Assembly (NCBI GenBank): GCA_937976095.1
Contig: CALJSV010000153.1
Location: 1 to 25,119 of the forward strand
Direction of reading: 5' to 3'
Origin: an uncultured Clostridia bacterium
GTDB taxonomy: Bacteria; Bacillota; Clostridia; Lutisporales; Lutisporaceae
Length of the DNA stretch: 25,119 nt
Made by a program: the position numbers and the translations under genes. The notes beneath the pieces are model-generated. The model saw only the letters and a program-made list of their open reading frames with translations. It was not told the origin of the DNA and searched no databases. Numbering within the stretch: position 1 is the first letter of the stretch; each line of letters starts with the position of its first letter. Of this stretch, positions 8,817-17,239 are shown one piece after another.

Positions 8817-8956
8817 AACAACCACCATTTTTACAATCAATTATTTTTGAGTGAGTAATATACTTTTTATTTTACCATCCCCAATGGTCTCCTTCAACAG
8901 TTAAAACTGTACCAAAGTATTTTAAATACTAATATCGAGCGCTGCTTGTAAAAAAA

Positions 8957-9065
8957 GTTACTTTGGATTTCTGTTTACAATCACTCTAGAGAAAGGTGTC
9001 AAGAATAGTCTGATTATTATGAGGCTACAGTATATTATGATATGTAAACACATAGGTAAAGTAAC
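8957..9065. repeat. Bipartite inverted repeat GTTACTTT-N7-TGTTTACA / TGTAAACA-N7-AAAGTAAC
   Basis: The left arm is at 8957-8979. The right arm at 9043-9065 is its reverse complement. The two 8-mers are separated by 7 nt in both arms. The pair sits upstream of the hypB promoter. Confidence 0.4.
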
Positions 9066-9094
9066 AACTCGAGAAAAACGCGTAAAATTCTTAA

Positions 9095-9123
9095 TTGTTG
9101 CGGCTTTTTTATCTTGCTATAAT
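9095..9123 (+). promoter_or_regulatory. Promoter for the hypB operon (TTGTTG-17-TGcTATAAT, extended -10)
   Basis: TATAAT lies at 9118-9123, preceded by TG. A -35-like TTGTTG lies 17 bp upstream. A second TATAAT is at 9130. Confidence 0.4.
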
Positions 9124-9153
9124 CAAAGTATAATCAGTTGCTGGAGGTCGAGT

Positions 9154-9819
9154 ATGAGTGAGTTAAAAGTTTTCACAATCAAAAAAAATATTCATGAAAA
9201 TAACGCTAAAGTTGCTCAAGCCACAAGAGAAGAATTAAAAAAGCAAGGTACATATCTTATTAACATCATGTCATCACCAGGTAGTGGAAAGACATCGACA
9301 CTTGTTAGTACAATCAAAGCATTAAAGGATGAGATTAAGATCGGTGTTATGGAAGCTGATATTGACTCGGATGTTGATGCAATAGCTGTTCAGACGGCAG
9401 GGGCAAAAGCAGTTCAAATGCACACAGGTGGGATGTGCCATTTAGACGCTACCATGACAAAGCAGGGTATTGATGAGTTAGGTGTAGAAGAATTGGACCT
9501 GGTTTTTCTGGAGAATATCGGAAACCTGATATGCCCGGCAGGCTATGATGTAGGAGCAATGAAAAATATAGCTATTTTAAGTGTTCCGGAAGGCGACGAT
9601 AAGCCTTTAAAATACCCTAAGATATTCGGGAAAGTAGATGTGCTGATCGTCAACAAAATCGATGTAATAGAGCATTTCGATTTTAGAATGGATTTGCTTG
9701 AGGAAAGAGTAAGAAAGCTGAACAAGGATATTACTATCTTTCCCATATCAGCAAAAACCGGTGAAGGTATGGATGAATGGTTAAATTGGATTAGAAAAGA
9801 AATAAAAACAAGGGGGTAG
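9154..9819 (+). CDS. hypB: Ni-metallochaperone GTPase HypB (G3E family)
   Basis: P-loop SSPGSGKTST. CH metal site GGMCHLDA. ENIGNLICPA and NKIDV motifs. RBS GGAGG lies 6 nt before ATG 9154. The longer ORF from 9019 would run through its own promoter. Confidence 0.8.
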   Translation: MSELKVFTIKKNIHENNAKVAQATREELKKQGTYLINIMSSPGSGKTSTLVSTIKALKDEIKIGVMEADIDSDVDAIAVQTAGAKAVQMHTGGMCHLDATMTKQGIDELGVEELDLVFLENIGNLICPAGYDVGAMKNIAILSVPEGDDKPLKYPKIFGKVDVLIVNKIDVIEHFDFRMDLLEERVRKLNKDITIFPISAKTGEGMDEWLNWIRKEIKTRG

Positions 9820-9824
9820 AAACA

Positions 9825-12599
9825 ATGCCCAAGAAACAAGAAAAAACAAACTTTAACAAGTCAAAGAGGTTTAACTTTGCTCTAAACTGGGCGGATGTAG
9901 ATGGTAGAGAGTATAGGCAAGAGATAGTGGACCTTGCAAACAAGATCGGAAGGACAAAAGCAGGCTCAAGCAGGGAGGCAATTCCCTTTGGTCCTGAATA
10001 TTATGCCCTTGCACCGATACTCAACGAATACCAAGCAAAAACAGCGATGCACTTGGAATTCCGTAAAAAGCTCAATGCAGAGGATGTTGCAAAAGCATCA
10101 GGAGAGCCATACGAAAAGGTAAAGGAAGCTCTGGACTATATTGCCTGGGCTGGAGTTGCCTTTGTAAATACAATAGCTGGAGTAGACGTGTATTGGCAGG
10201 ATATCTTTGTACCAGGCCACTTGGAAATGATAAATAACAACAAAGAGCTGGTTGCCAAGCACCCGGAGGTAGCAGAAGCCTTCTACTATTTTGGAAGCAA
10301 AAGAGGACCTATGGCTGCAGGCATAATGCCTATTGGTGCAGGACCAATGCGCGTACTGCCTATTGAAAGATCCATTGATGGAAACTCAAGAAAAGCTTCC
10401 TATGAAGAGCTGTCAAAGCACTTAAACGAAGCAAAAGTGTTCTCCGTATCTGATTGTTCCTGCAGGACTTCTCGTGAAGAAATGGGAGAAGGCTGCGGAC
10501 ACTTAAAGGAAAATATGTGTATTCAATTAGACCATGCTGCTGAATACTACATAAAAACAGGACGTGGAAGGAAGATCACTCGAGAAGAAGCCTTTGAGAT
10601 CATTAAAAGAGCAGAGGACAATGGCTTGATGCACTCTATTCCGAACTTGGATGAGCCGGGGCACACCCATGCTATTTGCAATTGCTGCGGATGTGGCTGT
10701 TATGCCATGAGATTAGCCAATGAATATGTAAATAATGATATTGTCAGGTCTAATTATAAGTCGGTTGTTGATGAATCTAAATGTGTAGCTTGCGGCGAGT
10801 GTGTGGATGTTTGTCCTACAAATGCATTAAGACTTGGACAGAAGCTATGCTCCAAAGCGCCTATTGATGAAAAAATGGTTAAGGCTACACCGAGAAATAA
10901 TGAGTGGAAGGAAGACAAATGGAACAGCGATTATAGAGTTAACAGGAAAAATACACTGGACTCAGGTACTGCTCCTTGTATTACCAACTGTCCCGCACAC
11001 ATTCCGGTACAGGGCTATATTAAGCTGGCTTCACAGGGTAAATATACAGAAGCCTTGGAATTGATTAAGAAGCATAATCCACTTCCAGCAGTATGCGGAC
11101 GTGTTTGCCCAAGACTGTGTGAGGAAGACTGTACACGTGGTGATATTGATGAAGCTGTAGCCGTTGATGATATCAAAAAGTTTATTGCAGAGCAGGATAT
11201 AAATAAGGATATTCGCTACATACCGAAGAAAAGACATGACTACAGTGACAAGAAGGTTGCCATTATCGGCGGAGGTCCTTCAGGGCTGACATGTGCTTAT
11301 GACTTAGCTATAGATGGTTATGATGTAACAGTATTTGAAAAAGAGAAAATGCTAGGGGGCATGCTGACATTTGGAATACCATCCTACAGGCTGGAAAAGG
11401 ATGTTATAGAAGCGGAAATAGCTATACTCAAGGAAATGGGAGTTAAGTTTGAGACCGGTGTGGAAGTCGGAAAGGATGTATCGATCCAAGGACTTAGAGA
11501 TAAAGGCTTTAATGCTTTCTATGTCGCTATCGGTGCGCAATCAGGAAGAAAGCTGGGATTAGAAGGGGAAACCGCTGCTGAAGTAATAAGCGGTGTAGAC
11601 TTCCTTCGAACAGTTAATTTGTCTGAACCAACCAACGTAAAGGGTAAAGTGATTGTCATTGGTGGAGGTAACGTTGCAATTGATGTTGCAAGATCTGCCG
11701 TAAGACTGGAAGGCGTAGTGCAAACAGATATTTTCTGTCTGGAAGCAAGAGAGACTATGCCTGCGCACCCTGAAGAAATAGAAGAGGCCTTGGCGGAAGA
11801 TGTGAATGTCAACACTTCATGGGGTCCGACGAGGATTATAGCAGAAAACGGTAAAGTAACAGGAGTAGAATTCAAGCGTTGCCTTTCTGTTTTTGATGCA
11901 GATGGCAGATTCAATCCAAAGTTTGATGAAGCAGATAAAAGGATTGTTGAATGTGATTATGTCTTGTTATCCGTAGGGCAAACCTACGACTATGGAAAGC
12001 TTCTGGAAGGTGAAGGTGTAAGGTTAACCAATAGGAATACAATTGAAGTGGATCCTGTGACTCTTCAAAGTTCAAAAGCAGACATTTTTGCCGGCGGAGA
12101 TGTTGCAAGTGGTCCAAAATTTGCCATAGATGCCATAGCGGCTGGTAAAGAAGCAGCAATTTCCATACACAGATTTGTACAAAGAGGTCAGTCCTTGGTA
12201 TTCGGTAGAGATACACACTCCTACAAAATGCTTGATAAGGAAAACCTGGGTGAAATACAAGGCTATGATGGTACAGTAAGACAAGGGACAAATCATGTGG
12301 ATGGCAAGGTATCAAAAACAACCTTTAAAGACTTAAGAGGTATCTTAACAGAAGAACAGATTAAGAAGGAAACAGCAAGATGTCTCGGCTGTGGTGCCAC
12401 TAAAACAGATGAGTACCTATGTGTTGGATGCGGAGCATGCACACTCAAGTGTAAATTTGAAGCAATAAAGCTTGAGAGGGTTAATGATGCAAAAGGTTAC
12501 AGAATTGAAGACCTGCCAAAGGTGGTAATTAAAAAAGCATTAGCCAGAAAAGTCAAAATAATGGCAAACAAAATAAATCCTTTTACAAAAGCAAGATAG
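9825..12599 (+). CDS. Multi-cluster Fe-S flavoprotein with three parts: an unknown Cys/His-rich N-terminal domain, a 4Fe-4S ferredoxin motif, and a GltD/NfnB/SudA-like FAD/NAD(P)H oxidoreductase with a C-terminal Cys cluster
   Basis: CVACGECVDVCP (ferredoxin). CITNCPAH...PAVCGRVCPRLCEEDC (GltD-type N-terminal clusters). VAIIGGGPSGLTCAY and VIVIGGGNVAIDVA (two dinucleotide folds). C-terminal CLGCGATKTDEYLCVGCGACTLKC. The N-terminal ~330 aa contain SDCSCRTSREEMGEGCGH and HTHAICNCCGCGC. Translationally coupled to hypB (5-bp gap, RBS GGGGG). Confidence 0.7.
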   Translation: MPKKQEKTNFNKSKRFNFALNWADVDGREYRQEIVDLANKIGRTKAGSSREAIPFGPEYYALAPILNEYQAKTAMHLEFRKKLNAEDVAKASGEPYEKVKEALDYIAWAGVAFVNTIAGVDVYWQDIFVPGHLEMINNNKELVAKHPEVAEAFYYFGSKRGPMAAGIMPIGAGPMRVLPIERSIDGNSRKASYEELSKHLNEAKVFSVSDCSCRTSREEMGEGCGHLKENMCIQLDHAAEYYIKTGRGRKITREEAFEIIKRAEDNGLMHSIPNLDEPGHTHAICNCCGCGCYAMRLANEYVNNDIVRSNYKSVVDESKCVACGECVDVCPTNALRLGQKLCSKAPIDEKMVKATPRNNEWKEDKWNSDYRVNRKNTLDSGTAPCITNCPAHIPVQGYIKLASQGKYTEALELIKKHNPLPAVCGRVCPRLCEEDCTRGDIDEAVAVDDIKKFIAEQDINKDIRYIPKKRHDYSDKKVAIIGGGPSGLTCAYDLAIDGYDVTVFEKEKMLGGMLTFGIPSYRLEKDVIEAEIAILKEMGVKFETGVEVGKDVSIQGLRDKGFNAFYVAIGAQSGRKLGLEGETAAEVISGVDFLRTVNLSEPTNVKGKVIVIGGGNVAIDVARSAVRLEGVVQTDIFCLEARETMPAHPEEIEEALAEDVNVNTSWGPTRIIAENGKVTGVEFKRCLSVFDADGRFNPKFDEADKRIVECDYVLLSVGQTYDYGKLLEGEGVRLTNRNTIEVDPVTLQSSKADIFAGGDVASGPKFAIDAIAAGKEAAISIHRFVQRGQSLVFGRDTHSYKMLDKENLGEIQGYDGTVRQGTNHVDGKVSKTTFKDLRGILTEEQIKKETARCLGCGATKTDEYLCVGCGACTLKCKFEAIKLERVNDAKGYRIEDLPKVVIKKALARKVKIMANKINPFTKAR

Positions 12600-12630
12600 A
12601 TTATATCTGTAGAAATTGAGGTATAGTGTA

Positions 12631-12972
12631 ATGCACGAACTAGGTATCGTTTATGAAGTCATCAAAATAGTCGATGGATTTGCAAAGGAAAATAATCTGA
12701 CAACAGTAGATAAAATTGTATTGGAGGTTGGACAATTATCTCAGGCAATTCCAAGATTTATTGAAGAGTGTTATCCTGCGGCAGTTAGTGAAACCGCATA
12801 TGAAAACACTAAGCTGGAGATCATTGTGCTTCCAGCCAAAGCAAAATGCAAGGCTTGCAATGAAGTATATAATATTATAGAGCACAGGAAAATCTGTCCT
12901 GAATGCCAGGGAGATGAATATAAATTAATATCAGGACAGGAATTCAATATTAAAGAAATTGTAGCATTTTAG
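12631..12972 (+). CDS. hypA: Ni-metallochaperone HypA
   Basis: N-terminal MHE (Ni site) followed by LGIVYEVIKIV. Zinc-ribbon CKACNEV...CPECQG. RBS GAGGT lies 8 nt before ATG 12631. Confidence 0.8.
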   Translation: MHELGIVYEVIKIVDGFAKENNLTTVDKIVLEVGQLSQAIPRFIEECYPAAVSETAYENTKLEIIVLPAKAKCKACNEVYNIIEHRKICPECQGDEYKLISGQEFNIKEIVAF

Positions 12973-13014
12973 AAGCTAACACACAGATTATATTATTATG
13001 ACAGGAGGTTTATC

Positions 13015-13980
13015 ATGGGGGTTTTTGAAGGTTTTTCAATGGGGAGTATTGTTGCATTTGTTTTATTTCTAGCCGTAATGCTTGGAGTGAACGAAGTTAC
13101 AAGAAGATCAAAATCGTTATCTATATTGGTGTACTGTGTCCTGCCTGTGGTATTGGCGGGGTTGGTATTCTCAGGAGTACTGGGGTCACCTACGGGAAAA
13201 ACATGGTTTGCTTGGGTTAAGGTAGTATCTGCATTGGCAGGTGTTTATGGCTTTATGCTGATCAGATTCACTAAGCTGGGTAAAAGTAGATTTGCAGCTA
13301 TATTCCCTGTAACTATCTTAGCATTGAACATTGCTGAAGCGGTTTATAGAGAATTTCAAGTATTTGCAACCTATAAGACATTAGAAGTAGATCCAGGCGG
13401 AGTCCTTGTCCTTGGTGGAACTTGGAATATTTTGAATGCAATAGCAGGAATTCTATGTATAGTAACCCTGACAGGATTTATTGGAATCAAGGTATCGAAA
13501 GACAAGTCAAGGGATATGGTATGGCCTGATATGACATGGATGTATATTATTGGTTATACATTATGGAACTTTGCATATGTTTACAATTGTATTTCAACAA
13601 GATCCATGTATGCCGGATTTGGCATCCTATCAGCAGCGCTTATTGCAGAATTTGTATTTAAAAGAGGGGTATGGCTTCAGCATAGAGCTCAGATTTTATC
13701 CTTTTATGCCATGTTTTCTCTGTCCGTAGATTTTCAGCAGAGCAAGTATTTCCAAGTACTGCCTACTTATAGCGAAGGTGCACTGATGACCATAAGCACT
13801 ATATCATTCTTGTTTAATGTAGGCGTGTTTGCTTATATGATTTACACAATCATAAAATACAAAAAGAATCCATTAAAGGAAGAGATTTATACTCATACTA
13901 ATTACTATAAGAAAAGCTTGATAGCCAATAATCTAGAGACGAAATCACAGGGGAAGCCCCTGAAAAGCTATACAGCATAG
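13015..13980 (+). CDS. Polytopic integral membrane protein of unknown function (last gene of the hypB operon)
   Basis: About 8 hydrophobic segments. RBS CAGGAGG. A strong terminator follows immediately downstream. Confidence 0.5.
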   Translation: MGVFEGFSMGSIVAFVLFLAVMLGVNEVTRRSKSLSILVYCVLPVVLAGLVFSGVLGSPTGKTWFAWVKVVSALAGVYGFMLIRFTKLGKSRFAAIFPVTILALNIAEAVYREFQVFATYKTLEVDPGGVLVLGGTWNILNAIAGILCIVTLTGFIGIKVSKDKSRDMVWPDMTWMYIIGYTLWNFAYVYNCISTRSMYAGFGILSAALIAEFVFKRGVWLQHRAQILSFYAMFSLSVDFQQSKYFQVLPTYSEGALMTISTISFLFNVGVFAYMIYTIIKYKKNPLKEEIYTHTNYYKKSLIANNLETKSQGKPLKSYTA

Positions 13981-14007
13981 CTAAATATATAACATAATGA
14001 ATAATAG

Positions 14008-14068
14008 ACTACCCCTTGCAAGTAGAGTAAGAATTACAGCTGCACTACTTGCAAGGGGTAGTTTTTTT
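14008..14068 (+). terminator. Rho-independent terminator
   Basis: Perfect 17-bp stem CTACCCCTTGCAAGTAG / CTACTTGCAAGGGGTAG with a 19-nt loop, followed by TTTTTTT. Confidence 0.75.
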
Positions 14069-14151
14069 GTCTATAAAGGCATATCGCTAATTACCCTGCC
14101 TATACCTCTTATGCAACAGCTATGGACAAAACAGGTATAGCTTTAAGAACA

Positions 14152-14184
14152 AAACAGGACGGGAGATAAAATCTCGTCCTGTTT
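14152..14184 (+). terminator. Hairpin AAACAGGACG...CGTCCTGTTT (second terminator or 5'-UTR structure upstream of the helicase gene)
   Basis: A 10-bp perfect stem, extended by GAGA/TCTC, followed by a T-rich tract. Confidence 0.3.
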
Positions 14185-14368
14185 GTATTATAGAATCAGA
14201 TTTCGGTCTAAATAACTAAGATGGTAAACATATGCTAAATGAGTTATAATTAGAAGTGACAACACTAAAAGCCAATATTTAATTTGATAAGTGGGAACAC
14301 TAATGATAAAACTAAGCTTTATCAGGGATAACGCGTTATAAAAGTGATGCATTGAAGGAGATTTTAAA

Positions 14369-15643
14369 TTGTTATTTAAAGACTTAGATATAATCATGCC
14401 TATTCAGAAGGCTTTAAAGACCGAAAAATATGATACGCCCACTCCTATACAGGAAAAAGCTATTCCATCCATACTCGCGGGGAGAGATTTGCTTGGATCT
14501 GCACGGACAGGCACTGGAAAGACAGCTGCTTTTGCTATTCCCATATTACAAGTCCTTTCTCATGAAAGGAAAGCTATAAGGCACAATCATATAAGAGCCC
14601 TAATACTGGCACCTACCCGTGAGTTAGCTATACAGATCGGAGAGAGCTTTGAAACCTATGGGCAATATTTAGACCTAAGGACCACGGTGGTTTACGGTGG
14701 AGTATCGCAGATCCATCAAACTGATGCCTTAGGAGCAGGGGTTGATATTTTAGTCGCAACTCCTGGTAGACTGCTTGACTTGATGAGCCAAGGATATATT
14801 AAAATTCATCATGTAGAGATGTTTGTACTTGATGAGGCAGATCGTATGCTGGATATGGGAATGGTGCATGATGTAAAAAAAATAATAGCTCAGCTGCCTG
14901 AGAAAAGGCAAAACATGTTGTTTTCTGCCACAATGCCCCAGGGGGTTGCACAGCTTGTAAATTCTATTTTGGTAAATCCAGTCAAAATAGAGGTTAAGCA
15001 TAGGGCATCCACTACTAAGAGTATTAAGCAGGCAGTATATTATGTTGATGGAAAAGATAAAATTGCACTGTTGATTTATCTGTTGAAAAGTAAGACTATT
15101 ACTTCTGCCTTCGTATTTACACGAACCAAGCAAAGGGCAGATAAGGTTAGCAAAGCCCTAACGCAGGAGGGTATAAAGGCTCAAGCTATTCACGGAGATA
15201 AATCGCAGCAGGCCAGGCAAATGGCTTTAAATGGCTTTAAGGATAGGACGTTTAGGGTTTTGGTAGCGACAGATGTAGCAGCAAGAGGTATTGATGTAGA
15301 AGAAGTTTCCCACGTTATTAATTTTGACTTGCCTAATATACCGGAAACTTATGTACACCGAATCGGACGAACCGGAAGGGCTGGCATGGGCGGAACAGCA
15401 ATATCCTTTTGCGATAATCAAGAGAGAGCATACCTTAAGGACATTGAAAAGCTTATTTCAAAATCAATAGAAGTAATCAGGAGTCATCCATATCCACTCA
15501 TGAATATGGTATTGGAGCAGAATAGGGCTTCTGAAAAAAGCTCATCTAAAGCCCCTGCGAGAAAACCTAATCCAAAAGCTGCTTCAAAGGGAGATAGAGG
15601 CAAAGTAACTGAGAATCAAAGGGAAAAAAAAGGTAGAGCTTAG
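14369..15643 (+). CDS. DEAD-box ATP-dependent RNA helicase (CshA/RhlE-like) with basic C-terminal tail
   Basis: Q-motif context TPTPIQ. Walker A ARTGTGKT. DEAD box. SAT motif. HRIGRTGRAG. TTG start at 14369 with RBS GAAGGAG at a spacing of 8 nt. Confidence 0.85.
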   Translation: MLFKDLDIIMPIQKALKTEKYDTPTPIQEKAIPSILAGRDLLGSARTGTGKTAAFAIPILQVLSHERKAIRHNHIRALILAPTRELAIQIGESFETYGQYLDLRTTVVYGGVSQIHQTDALGAGVDILVATPGRLLDLMSQGYIKIHHVEMFVLDEADRMLDMGMVHDVKKIIAQLPEKRQNMLFSATMPQGVAQLVNSILVNPVKIEVKHRASTTKSIKQAVYYVDGKDKIALLIYLLKSKTITSAFVFTRTKQRADKVSKALTQEGIKAQAIHGDKSQQARQMALNGFKDRTFRVLVATDVAARGIDVEEVSHVINFDLPNIPETYVHRIGRTGRAGMGGTAISFCDNQERAYLKDIEKLISKSIEVIRSHPYPLMNMVLEQNRASEKSSSKAPARKPNPKAASKGDRGKVTENQREKKGRA

Positions 15644-15729
15644 AAGCTACCTTGAATGGAGTAGCCTACGTATTCATTTGATGAATTAATGCTATGTAAA
15701 AAAATACATATTTAGAAGGGAATGAGTTA

Positions 15730-15987
15730 ATGAGGTCTTTAAAAACTAGACCGGTAAATGACCAAAGTAATCAGAAGGGGCATGGTCAGTACGAGAAACA
15801 CCAGAGATGTGAATTCTGTAATGTGCCTATATTTCGAAACCCTTGCTGTGACGTACGCAGCAGTGGTGCTTTTAAGGGTAAAGGAAAAGTGCTTTGCAAT
15901 AAGTGTGCAGCACTACTAGAAAAGATACCTACAGAGCAGGCAATCCAAGCTCTAAATAACGCCTGTGAAACCTATCCAAAGGAGTAA
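15730..15987 (+). CDS. Small Cys-rich hypothetical protein (possible zinc ribbon)
   Basis: 85 aa with CEFC...CC...CNKC. RBS GAAGGGAATGAG. Confidence 0.35.
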   Translation: MRSLKTRPVNDQSNQKGHGQYEKHQRCEFCNVPIFRNPCCDVRSSGAFKGKGKVLCNKCAALLEKIPTEQAIQALNNACETYPKE

Positions 15988-16049
15988 AGAGCGAAAGTAT
16001 TTTTATTAATATATATTGCCATGGTAGAAACATCATATTTTATATTTAA

Positions 16050-16090
16050 ACCAATGGAACAAATTCAATAATTGTTCTGTTGGTTTTATT
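16050..16090 (+). terminator. Rho-independent terminator
   Basis: ACCAATGGAACAA / TTGTTCTGTTGGT stem followed by TTTATT. Confidence 0.45.
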
Positions 16091-16107
16091 AAAGTAAAGG
16101 AGCATAT

Positions 16108-16734
16108 ATGGATAAAGAAGTATTACAAAATAGCGGCCAACTTGAACAATTAACTGCAGCTGAAATTTGGAAGAAGCTATATGGTAAGGAGCTTGACTGC
16201 AAGAAGCATATCATAGAGTACATTGAAATAACCAAGGTGCTAAAAAAGGAAAATGCAAGTCAGGATCAGATAAAGGATACGTATAATTATATTTATGAGC
16301 ATATAGATGGGCTGAAGGATACAATAAAACCAAATACAATGATGTTTTTAAAGAATAGCTTAAAATCACAGCTTGGAAAATATGTTAAAGAAAAGGATCC
16401 AAAGCTTTTAAATCACTTTGTTGAGTTTTTTAAGGAGGCATACCCTGAAAACAGCAGAAGAAAGGATTTTACATGGGTTCTAATGGATGTAAACAGCATA
16501 TCAGAGGAACAGCTCTGGACTACATTGACCCATATTAATAGAGAGTGCCTAAATAACAGCCTTAATCTGAATCCCAGTCAAAAAAAAGACATAATAGAAG
16601 TGATTGAAAAGGCTGTAGGTAAGAACAATATTAAGTTTATTAATAAGGTTAGGAGCCTAAAAAAATTAAACGAGGAATTAGATATTTCAATTGTTAGTAT
16701 TGGTGAAGTACTCAAGGTAAGGCGTAATCGATAA
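16108..16734 (+). CDS. Hypothetical protein
   Basis: 208-aa ORF with RBS AAAGGAG 7 nt before the ATG. No recognisable motif. Confidence 0.45.
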   Translation: MDKEVLQNSGQLEQLTAAEIWKKLYGKELDCKKHIIEYIEITKVLKKENASQDQIKDTYNYIYEHIDGLKDTIKPNTMMFLKNSLKSQLGKYVKEKDPKLLNHFVEFFKEAYPENSRRKDFTWVLMDVNSISEEQLWTTLTHINRECLNNSLNLNPSQKKDIIEVIEKAVGKNNIKFINKVRSLKKLNEELDISIVSIGEVLKVRRNR

Positions 16735-16994
16735 GCAAGACAAATTCATTTATTTAGGTTTTTAAAAGAAAGGGTAAATGAATGTAAAGACTGCTTTTGA
16801 CAATAAAAGCATGATGTGCTAATGAATGTGGAAGTTTTGGGCAACGACCTTATATTTGGGTTTCCAAACGGGGGAGCTTTTATCGGTTCGCCCTCAATGA
16901 AGATTAAGGGCTTAGCCATATCCGGTGCATAAAGCACGAGGCTGTGCTTAGTCTGAGTGATTAGATAAATAAGAGTTCGAATATTGATACATAG

Positions 16995-17022
16995 GAAAGC
17001 CCTTCAAATAGGGGCTTTTCGC
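16995..17022 (+). terminator. Terminator-like hairpin AAAGCCC...GGGGCTTTTC
   Basis: GC-rich stem followed by a T-run. It lies ~260 nt downstream of the preceding stop. Confidence 0.35.
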
Positions 17023-17169
17023 TATTATTTACGATATATTCTGATATCTGTTTTTATTTACATTGTAATAGAATAACGTGATATTGTTTTGGAAAAGTGA
17101 AACTTTCAATGTTGAAAAGCGTTGTAAATATATACTAAGCATAAACCATGGTTACCGTGCCATTGCTAA

Positions 17170-17199
17170 TTGTATGAATTTCCTAATTATGCTATAATT
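17170..17199 (+). promoter_or_regulatory. Promoter TTGTAT-18-TATAAT for the nfeD/flotillin/AAA+ operon
   Basis: TTGTAT at 17170-17175 and TATAAT at 17194-17199. RBS AAGGAGAAG follows, then ATG 17240. Confidence 0.4.
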
Positions 17200-17239
17200 C
17201 ATTAGTAAATATTTTCAAATATATATAAGGAGAAGCAGT

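Noticed and set aside
7830-8840. Intact insertion sequence (mobile element call)
   Set aside because: No terminal inverted repeats or target duplication are visible. The left end runs directly into the oxidoreductase start codon. The catalytic Asp is apparently missing. It is kept as a transposase-like CDS rather than a mobile element.
9019-9153. Longer hypB ORF starting at 9019 (MRLQYIMICK...)
   Set aside because: The extension contains the gene's own -35/-10 promoter and has no RBS. The conserved HypB sequence begins at the ATG at 9154, which has a GGAGG RBS.
11519-12321. Minus-strand ORFs of 131 and 136 aa inside the large flavoprotein gene
   Set aside because: They are embedded antisense to a well-supported 924-aa CDS. 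Their translations are Ser/Leu/His-rich and compositionally odd, with no RBS.
16841-16897. tRNA-like acceptor pairing GGGCAAC...GTTCGCCC
   Set aside because: The element is only ~57 nt long and has no D, anticodon or T-arm geometry. It is not a tRNA.
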